NCBI GenBank assembly: GCA_016748015.1
Contig: JAAOMT010000142.1
Span: 12,469-44,814 of the forward strand
Reading direction: 5' to 3'
From: Geosiphon pyriformis uo1
Taxonomy: Eukaryota > Fungi > Glomeromycota
DNA: 32,346 bases
Part shown: positions 23,739-32,346 of the stretch, in pieces
Layout of the letters: every line of letters starts with the position of its first letter
Position numbering within the stretch: the stretch's first letter is position 1
The notes under the pieces: generated by a model
What the model saw: only the letters and a program-made list of their open reading frames with translations
Database searches by the model: none
What the model was told of the DNA's origin: nothing
Program-made: the position numbers and the translations under genes

Positions 23739-23755
23739 TCTTATAAAGAGCACCA
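23739..23755 (-). promoter_or_regulatory. E2 primer-binding site, same tRNA-Ile type as E1
   Basis: TGGTGCTCTTTATAAGA, 2 nt from the LTR; differs from the E1 PBS only by transitions. Confidence 0.75.
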
Positions 23756-23757
23756 AA

Positions 23758-24382
23758 TATTATGGGTAAACTTGGTGAGATAGGAAGATGGTAATGTTTA
23801 ATGTTCTCAATTATTGGTAAGGTGTGTTTCACATAATTCCAGTTGCTTAATCTTGATTATCAGTCTCTGAAAGTCTTATTTTACTGGTTGTGAATTTATT
23901 TATTTAGTTTTTTGGTTATAAGGCACAGAGTTTTGATTTTTGCTGATTGCAACTTCTTATAAAAGTGAGCTTTCTTCTCCGAGCTAATGAGTGCAGTCAT
24001 TAGAGTCTGGCATTGTTTTTTTGCTCTTTTAGTAAGCTATTAAGATAATGTTAATATCCAAAAACCTAGAGAGAGCTTTTTTTTTTACCAGGCTATCACA
24101 AAGTCTATTCCCAAACAGTCAATTTTACTATGTGCTACTCCACAAAGAATAAAGAAAATAAATAAAAATAAATAAAAATAAATAAAAAATAAATAAATAA
24201 AAAAAAAAAAAAAATTAGTATTGTTAATTGCCATAATTAAGAGCAATTGGTCCAAATCATTAATAGTTCGAGGTAATTATGCTAAGAGCATCTGTCCTAG
24301 AATAAAGGTACAAAACAATGATTAATTTACGTAAAATTCACAAAGTTTGAGAACATAAATTTGTGATTCTGATTTTCTTGGT
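23758..24382 (-). repeat. E2 5' LTR, R/U5-side portion (in place)
   Basis: Colinear with 14740-~15344; contains (AAAATAAATA)n at ~24150-24213. Confidence 0.92.
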
Positions 24383-25993
24383 TTAGTAAGTTTGATTGTT
24401 CAAAAAACAAACATTTTTCAAGATTTTTTAAGTTGAAGCAGCTTGTTGCTAAGATTATAAAGTATTAAAACTCTGAAAATCTTTCAGATTTTGATTGTCT
24501 TGTCAAAATTTGGTTAGCTATTAATAAGATTGTGACATCTAAGATTGTTGACATGATTCTGAATAGTGTGAATTCAATAGAGTTGGTTAAACATTTGTCA
24601 GTAATAAGAAAGGGGTATTAAAAGTCTAAGTATTATAAATCAAAAACTATTAAAAATATGGTTATTAGAAAAATAATTAACTGTCATATAAAAAATTTCT
24701 GTTCTAACAAAAAATAGATGATTAAGAGCATCTTGAAATGTCTATTTCACAAGATTGTTTTGGATCACTTGATAGTTGAGCTTAATAAAGTGAAACTTAA
24801 AGTGGATAAAATTATGATAAGATAGACAAAAAAATGGTCAATGCTTCCAAAAATGTCTGATCTTTGGTCTCATCAATATATGCTTTTGCACTATGTAGAC
24901 AATAATGTTTTTTTAAGTATTATAAAAGTAATTGATATAAGAGAGCTGTTTTTAGTTGTTGGTAATTTGCCAAATAATAAAGCTACTAGATTGTTAGGAA
25001 TACCTAATAAGCTTTAGAAGCATTATGGTAGTAAGGTGTTGATGTGTTTTTTGGAATTATTGAATTTATGTTTAACTTTAAGTGTAGTTCCAACTTCCTG
25101 GAAAAGGGTGTGGATTTTAATAATTCTGAAATCTTATGAATAAAATGGAGTTTTAACAAATACTAAGTCTATTGTATTAGTCTAAATGGCCCATAAGATC
25201 TTGTCAAAAATTCTCTCTGATCAGATATTATTAGCTTACAGCAAGTTTGATATTCTTTATGGTAATAATTTTTTGGTGTTGAAAGGTACTTTGACTTAGT
25301 CTTCTATTTTTGCTATTGGATTAGTTGTCAAGAATATTCGAAAAAAAAACAGAGAGCTTTAGTTAATACTACAGAATATGTGCAAAGCTTATGATTTAAT
25401 GGGCTGGCATCATTTGAAGACTAGCTTGTATTATATCAAAATGTGTGATCAGTTTATCAGCTTTTTTGGCAATATTTATGAAGATCAGTTTAATAGAGTA
25501 ATAACAGATTTTGGACTCTTGAGTAATTATAGAGTTCATAATAGTTTGAATTAAAATGAAATGTTTTCTGCACTCCTTTAAAAAATTTTCTATGATCTAC
25601 TTTTGTACAAGATAAAAAAACATAAGCACTTGTGTAAATACAGAATTGTTACTAAGTTTGTGATCAAGTCTGGCAGAGTTGAGACTATTGGAGAAAAAAC
25701 TTCTTTTTTTGCTACTAGTGCCTTTGTTGATGATACAATTTGGATCAAAAGTTGTTAAGCTTCTGCACAGTATATTTTGAACATTGCTAGTGAGTTCTTT
25801 GTTGTCAATGATATTTCAATTAATAATAATAAGATGGTGGCTATTCTTATTAATCAAGATGTCAAAACTGTTTCACTTTTGATTAATGGTCTGCCAATTT
25901 CAATTGCTAAAAAAAGTAAATTACACAAGTATTTTGGAATTTTTTTGTTTACTAAAAGTTTTTTCAAGTCTAGTTTGGCTTAGACTTATATGG
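24383..25993 (+). pseudogene. LINE ORF2 reverse-transcriptase segment (inverted relative to the rest of the LINE)
   Basis: LPNNKATRLLGIPN, ILIILKS, LQNMCKAYD, SAFVDDTIWI, HKYFGIF. Confidence 0.9.
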
Positions 25994-26373
25994 TATTATC
26001 CAAGTAAAAAAACTGATCCAAAGTTATGAAAAAATGTGACCAAAACGTGACATAATACAGAATAGTGTGCAATAATATAGGATAACACAGGATAATTTAT
26101 TATAATGTAGAATAACACAGAATAACATGTAATAACACTAGATAATATGTTATAACATAGAATAACTAGTATTAACATAGAAAAACGAAACAATAACAGA
26201 AATAGCAAAGCAATAGTTAGCAATAACAGAACAATCAGAAAACAATCCTGTAAAACCAAAAGAATATATAAAAACGAGTAGTTAAGAAAAGTAGAAAGAC
26301 AGATAAATACAAACCACTAGACAAAAATCAAATATCCTTATCTCTTTTATTATTTATTCTATTCCATTTTCAT
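25994..26373 (+). repeat. E2 5' LTR, U3 portion (inverted)
   Basis: Reverse complement of ~15364-15733; TATATAA at ~26266. Confidence 0.92.
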
Positions 26374-28135
26374 GGCTTCTTTCAGCACTTTCCATATTGT
26401 ATCCAAGTCACTTTTGTCTTTTGCAATCTTAAATATGCTTGATTTCACCAACAACTTAGCAAAAAAATGCTTCTTGAAATGCAACTACTGGGCCTTATCT
26501 GTATTTTCTAACTTAAATTTTTACCAGTTTCAGTTGGTTTGCTTATGAATATTGTTAAAATAAGCATTCAAAAGTCTACTCAAACTGACTAAGATTAAAA
26601 CTGCCTTATAGTCTGTATTAAAAAACCCTAACATATTATTAATTTTATGCAATATAACTGCAAATATCAGGTTCCTACTTATAAAAATAAAATTAATAAC
26701 CTTTTTAATGCCTCTGAAATTGCTTTAAGTAGAAGTCTTGACCAATGAATGTCTGCAAAACGAGTTAATCAACCTTAAGTCCATACAAAACTTGAAACTT
26801 GTATTCTTTTTAGTACTATTCTTATTGAAATTTTTATTTAACACCACAAAAATACTATTGTTGACCACATTTGCAATAAAAAAATTAACAACAGATGTTT
26901 GACCAAACCTTATTTTGGCAAAAACATTAGCATACAAACCTAAAACTATAACTGACAACTTCTTTTTAAACAGAAACTTAACTAACAGAATTCTATCAGG
27001 AACTTTTTCCACTTTAGACACATGTCAAACCAGAAAATTGTTCACAATAATAGTTACTTCAGCATCAAGAAAACTCTTATACAAACCAAATATTAAGATT
27101 TGGACTCCATCAAATTTGTTTATAATTTATGGCTTAATACTAAATCTTAATTTTGTCTCAGTAATAATAGAAACTATATTACTTAAATTTATATGCCAAC
27201 AAACAATATTCTTCTGTTTTGCAAGGACATTAATGTCTCAGACATTACACATAACAAATTTCTACACCAAATCTATTATTGAGAAGGACAAACAATAGAA
27301 ACCAGACTAACATTGTTTATTTTAGCTAATAGATTCATAACTATAACTGACAGATTGTTCAAAGTGTTTTTCAGTTTCAAAATAACTAATGGATCAAAAT
27401 TTACTGCATTCACAATAGTTTTACTACTAGTGATTACATCTAAACTCTTACTTATCATTATATTCACTCCTTGATTCTGTAAAGAAGGAGTTATTAATGG
27501 CTAATATCTAAAATTAAACTGGAAAACCATTGGCTCAGATGTGTTTAACCTCTTAGCCAACTTATTAACATGTTCAGTAAAGCTGACAAAACTATGCTTA
27601 AGAGTGGCAAATCTATCATTTAATTTTATGAACACCAGCAGAATAAGTTTTATCTTCAAAAAAGAACCAAAATCAACCAAGTTATTTTATGCAAAAAAAA
27701 GAGAGAAAGAGAACCTACTAACAATCTTGGTCCAAGAAACATCACCAAAAGAAACAGAATGAGTAGTTGGTGCTAAATGTTTAGCATAAATGACTGCCAA
27801 CTTGCTTTTATCTGTGTCTAATAATGTTTTATAAGAAGAACAACTAAAAAAAAAATTTTCATTCATAAAACAGTTCAAAAACATATGATCCAAATTTTCA
27901 TATTTCACACATTTGGCAGATCCCAAATAAGACCAGTATAGATTGGTGCCCCTTAGCACAGGTGTGGTTATTATGACAGCTTCTAATAAATTAGCAAAGT
28001 CAAAACATATAGCTACATATCTGGCCAAGCATATATAATTAGATAATAGTTAATAACACAAGTTTTCTTATCCACTAAAATAACATAATCTCAAATATTA
28101 TGTGCATTGGTTTCTATTAGCAAAGTATACAGTGA
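26374..28135 (-). mobile_element. LINE 5' part (5'-truncated): ORF1 with zinc knuckle and ORF2 APE endonuclease
   Basis: ORF1 KCVKYENLDHMFLNC (eroded CCHC), ending at 27276. ORF2 KFVMCNV*DIN, IITETKL, VLGLYA, VLNKNFN (eroded GDFN). Confidence 0.85.
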
Positions 28136-28139
28136 ACTT

Positions 28140-29640
28140 TCTCTATAGTCCCTCTGATTATAGTTACTATCTTCTTATAATCACATTTTTTTAAAAACCA
28201 AAACTATTTATATATAATATTATCTCCTTATAGTCACTTTTACTATATATATCTTCTTATAGTCCTTATTCACACAAATATGATAGCAAAATATAAGTAA
28301 TTTCTACTCTCTATAGTTACACTATAATTATATAATATTAGATATAAACATCAGATATTATCTCATATTTAATTGGACATATATAGTTAGGAAGATTTCC
28401 TGATTTGTTAATGGAAATCATTCTTTTTATGGTAGTAAAAAAAATTAGAGTAGTTTCTGGAAATGATTGTAGAACACTAAACAAAATTTCTGAAATATTA
28501 CAACATTCAATTATTCTTTTTCTTTATAAGCCACCACTGTCATCAGAAAACAAGGACAGAACTATTATATCTGGTTTGTGTTTGCAATATTACAGGATGT
28601 TTTCTTAGTATATTTAATTGTCAATATTCCATTTTAAATGCAGTCAGTCTTTTGTGAGTTCCTCAATTCTAATTGTGTGATAATGTCACTATTATACTAA
28701 AGGCTTTCTCTTTAATGTCACAATGTAAGTTATTTCTTAATTTCTGATTGTTGTAGGTGTTTATGTACTCCTTTCCAAAGACTGAACTGAAATCTACCCA
28801 CTGTCTGGGGTCTTCTCTGAGGCTATTTTTGTAATTGCCTAATGTGTTTCTCTAATCTAGAAACACGGAATGTTAATGGTCTTTAGCACTTTTTCTAATT
28901 CTTACAATAAAGCTTTTATCAATTAGTAACAACATGAATAATTTTGATCAGAAATTATTCTTCCAAGAAATTCAGCTGATAAATGATAGTTTCATTTAAT
29001 AATTAACACAAGTGAATTTTTTATTACTTTTGGGGTTGTGATAATTCAGTTTTAAATATTCTTTTTCATTTCTTTTTGATTTAAAAGTTTCTTGGAATAT
29101 TTAATTTAAAAGTACAATTTAAAGTGAAATTTGTTGGATAAATTGGATCTCTTGCTTGATAAGTTATGATTTTTATTACTTAATTGACTTTTTTCAATAT
29201 TAAAGCTACTATATATATACATGTTTGTAGTTTTATAAGAAAACACATTGTAATACTTTCTTTTTGATATTTCAATCTGGTGTTTGCTGCTATTACCAGT
29301 TGATGTTGGCCACTATTGTGAACTGGTGCTTGCCACTATCATAAGATGGTGTTTGCCACTATGTTAATCATTATCTTTCTAGGATTATTACTGTGCTATA
29401 TTATGATTAGATAATTTATATTATTTTATAATTCTTTTGCTAAATTTTTGAACCATAACAGTGGGTATTATAAGAGTTTTAATAATAGTTAACATATGGT
29501 ACAGTACTGCTGCTCTTGGTGCTTTGGAAACTGGTGGTGCTTTAGAGGCTGGTAGTGCTTTGAAGACTGTTGTTGCAGGTATTGATAAAGTTACTCTGAT
29601 CAAACTTTGGTTAATGAGATTACTTTTTTTCCATATTGGG
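28140..29640 (-). mobile_element. Heavily degraded retroelement-like remnant: Gln-rich gag-like segment, possible 3'-ORF relative, short-repeat LTR-like end
   Basis: YQYLQQQ..QEQQYCTIC low-complexity frame; ~6 copies of a CTTATAGTCAC-like motif at 28140-28330. No RT or integrase motifs seen. Confidence 0.3.
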
Positions 29641-29869
29641 AAAAGGAATTAACAGACTTACAAGTAAGAATAATGGCCCAATGGAATTCTTCAGGAACAA
29701 GTTTGTTAATAGGACATTGCTTGAACAAATCAACTGGAAACAGAGTTCAAATTTACCTTTCCTTAGAAAAAGAAATATGACCAGTAATAAAACTCAGAGC
29801 ATGAGAATTCTAATATATACTCAATAAATACATTTTTACACCAACTTTGACATCTGTAATTAAAAACAT

Positions 29870-30860
29870 AATCACTTAAAAAAGATATTAGAAAGTTAAT
29901 AATAGATAATAGTTGTGATTTTATTAACAGATTTATATTTTTTGATAATCTGCTTTTTCATTTGTTACTGGAATTGGTTTTCAAGTACCTAACAATATTT
30001 TTTTAATTTGCCTTGCTTTAAAAAAGTCTATTTTTTTTATCTGTGCAATTTTACTGAATTTTTTTATTTCTTTGCTTAATATCTATTTATGGCCAATATT
30101 ATGAAAAACATGATTAAAGACATTTAAATTTACAAACTATGTCTTTCTTATCTGAACTCAAAATTGATTTGATTCAGCAATAAAGTTAGGACATATATGA
30201 AACCTGTATATTTTACTTTTAGAATATTTGATGACATTAAAGAGGTTAATACACAATTTCTTAAATTTAATACAGTTATGTACTGCAATTTTCCAATGCT
30301 ATTGTGAAGGTGTAGAAAGAATCAACAATTTAAGTATTTTGTTGATTTTTTTAAGTATTGCATCATGGCCTTGATGTTGATTTAAAAGTTTAGATCAAGA
30401 AATTACAATTCTTTCTTGAATCAGCTTGCAAACTTTAGGCTTTAATCATAGCTATTGTTCTTTATCAGCAATTTCAATTAATTGGTAAATAGGATGGTGC
30501 TGAACAGACCAAATTGGTGTAAACATTCGTCTAGCCATAAGTCTTAATGAAGACCTATTAAAATGAACTCCAGTACAAAAGTTAATAATTGCTTGTAAAT
30601 AAAAAAAAACTTGTTTATACTTTAATCTAAATATGGGATCTGTTTCATTTTGGGCCCATTCTAAATAACCTTTAACAAATGAATTTTTCTTAGAAACAAC
30701 ATATAGCCATATTAATTCAGAAGCCATTGTATGTCTATATATATTACATATCAAATCCTATAACTTATGATAAACAGGACATTTTTTAAAAAACTGCAAT
30801 TGACTTTCACTTTAATATCCCTAATATTGTGCAAAGTATTTTATATTGATATTTCAATTG
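29870..30860 (-). pseudogene. Academ/DUF6589-like DNA transposase remnant
   Basis: YLQAIINFCTGVHFN..FTPIWS..HPIYQ..NQHQGHDAILKKINK fits the recalled Academ-type helical insert followed by D-x3-E-x2-N. Many stops; no TIRs found. Confidence 0.5.
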
Positions 30861-31063
30861 ATATAGGTATTACTGTGTTTAGAGAGCTTGACAACATGCC
30901 ATTGTGCTATCTTTTACATAATTATACAAATATACGGAGGATTAAATTGACAGTATTCATTATTGATCATCAGTTGGGGGTAAGAGGCAAAAAGTGTCAC
31001 AGATGTATTATCAAAATTAGGTTTCTTTTTACCGAGAATCTGTCATTTATACTTAGAATCTTA

Positions 31064-32346
31064 CAGTTGAATTAAAACCTTCTTTTTTATAATTTGGCCA
31101 CTTTTTATAATTTGAGACACCTCATATGACATAAGACACCTCACATGTCCGATTAGATATAAGGCAAAATGACATTTGAGACATAACAGATACATCAATG
31201 TATTATAAAAGCAAAATACAATAAAAAGTGTGTTCTTATTAACATGTCAAAAAATGCAAACCAAAAGTAAGCAGTAATTTCTTTGGAGACTAAAAAGACT
31301 TTCTGCCAGTACAAACTAAAGCATCCTGACTACTTAGCAAATAGACTTATCAAAATATTTAATCTAAAGATTGACTGCTCTACTATAACAAAGATACTTG
31401 CAAAATCAGACTGATGGATTGAAAAGAATGTATTTGACAATTCTGATTAATTAACAAAGAACAGGAAAGAGATGTTTCTGAAGATAAATAATGCACTATA
31501 ATTTGCACCACATTAAGATACATGGTGAAGCAAATAGTGTCTTCTTGGAAATTTTACCAAAGAAACAAAAAAAACTGCATGAGATTATTAGCAAATATGA
31601 TCTAAATAATGTTTACAATGCCAATAAGACAGCATTATTTTTTAGAATACCACCAAATACAACTTTGGCAACAAGATCTATCTCTGGCACCAAGCATAAT
31701 AAGAGTCAAATTACCATACTTTTTGCTTGTAATACAACAGGCAGCATCAAGTTGCAGCCTTTAATTATCAGCAAAACCACAAAGCCATGATGTTTTTGCA
31801 ATATTAATATGAATGTACTTCCAATCACTTATCATTACAATACAAAAACATGGATGCAAACTGATATTTTTAGTGAATGGCTTAATTTATTAAATAAAAA
31901 AATGCATCATAAGAAAAAAAAAAATTTGTTATTGCTTGATAATACTGGTTTCCATGGTAGAAAATCTTTTGTATTATCTAATATTATGATTAGATACCTA
32001 CCACCCAATACAACATCTCATTTGTAATCATTAAATACAGGAATTATTACATTTTTTAAGGCACAATACCAAAAGTTGTTTCTTTTCCATCTTATTAATC
32101 AGTATAATGGCAAGATTCTAATATTAACAGTAATATTAAAAGATGTGGTTAATTTTCTAATTAATGTGTGGTTAGCAATAACAACAACTACAATCTAAAA
32201 CTGTTGGCATTATACAAAAATTCTGAATAATAGTTAAATGCTAGCCCATTCATTAGATATTGAACAAAAATTTCTACAAAAAGTACAAGTTCTTATTGAG
32301 CATGTTGATATTGACAAGCTATTGGCAATAGACTTCATTAATATTA
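31064..32346 (+). mobile_element. pogo/Tigger-type (Tc1/mariner superfamily, CENP-B HTH + DDE_1) DNA transposon, decayed, running off the window
   Basis: Candidate left end TA|CAGT with subterminal repeats (TTTTTATAATTT x2, AGACACCTCAYATG x2). ATG at 31244; HGEANSV, YNANKTAL (eroded NADET), LLLDN, LPPNTTSHL*SLN (eroded QPLD). The second HTH is largely deleted. Confidence 0.9.

Larger units (their letters stand above)
14740..26373 (-). mobile_element. E2: dUTPase-bearing Ty3/gypsy LTR retrotransposon inserted in the LINE; 5' LTR split by a later inversion
   Basis: LTR pair, PBS, PPT, gag-PR-dUTPase-RT-RH, integrase and 3' ORF. Degenerate 4-bp TSD: ATGG (25990-25993, +) and ATAA (14739-14736, -). 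Confidence 0.92.

Noticed and set aside
15364-26373. Long terminal inverted repeats (15364-15733 versus 25994-26373) of a DIRS, Polinton or foldback element
   Set aside because: Fully explained as the inverted U3 part of E2's 5' LTR; the LINE RT is inverted with it.
4681-32346. Alternative genetic code or bacterial endosymbiont origin explaining the in-frame stops
   Set aside because: All three stop codons occur at Q/R/W positions, consistent with C>T and G>A changes; spliceosomal introns and eukaryotic TEs are present.

Overview
AT-rich eukaryotic (fungal) genomic DNA that is almost entirely nested, decayed transposable elements. There are no prokaryotic genes, rRNA, tRNA or CRISPR arrays. 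The protein remnants resemble repeat-derived hypothetical proteins I recall from Glomeromycotina, especially Geosiphon; that taxon call is recollection, not a search result. In order: (1) 3' exons of a CpG-rich host gene (1-~600, minus). (2) A complete 7.8-kb Ty3/gypsy LTR retrotransposon, E1 (3890-11708, +), with 739-bp LTRs, ATAT TSD, tRNA-Ile-type PBS, gag, a TTTAAAC -1 frameshift into PR-RT-RNaseH, a separately initiated integrase ORF and an extra 3' ORF that runs into the LTR. (3) An RNase-H-bearing LINE (~12924-28135) interrupted by a second Ty3/gypsy element, E2 (14740-26373, minus). E2 carries a dUTPase and has the same stand-alone integrase plus 3' ORF layout. A later ~2-kb inversion (24383-26373) split both E2's 5' LTR and the LINE ORF2. 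(4) A degraded retro-like remnant, an Academ/DUF6589-like transposase remnant and a pogo/Tigger-type DNA transposon running off the window. The repeats show extreme C>T/G>A hypermutation: 71 transitions, 2 transversions and 0 indels between the E1 LTRs by manual count. The best candidate for an undescribed system is the shared four-ORF Ty3 architecture: stand-alone integrase, apparently homologous 3' accessory ORF, Cys-rich post-protease insert and a conserved pre-PPT motif.
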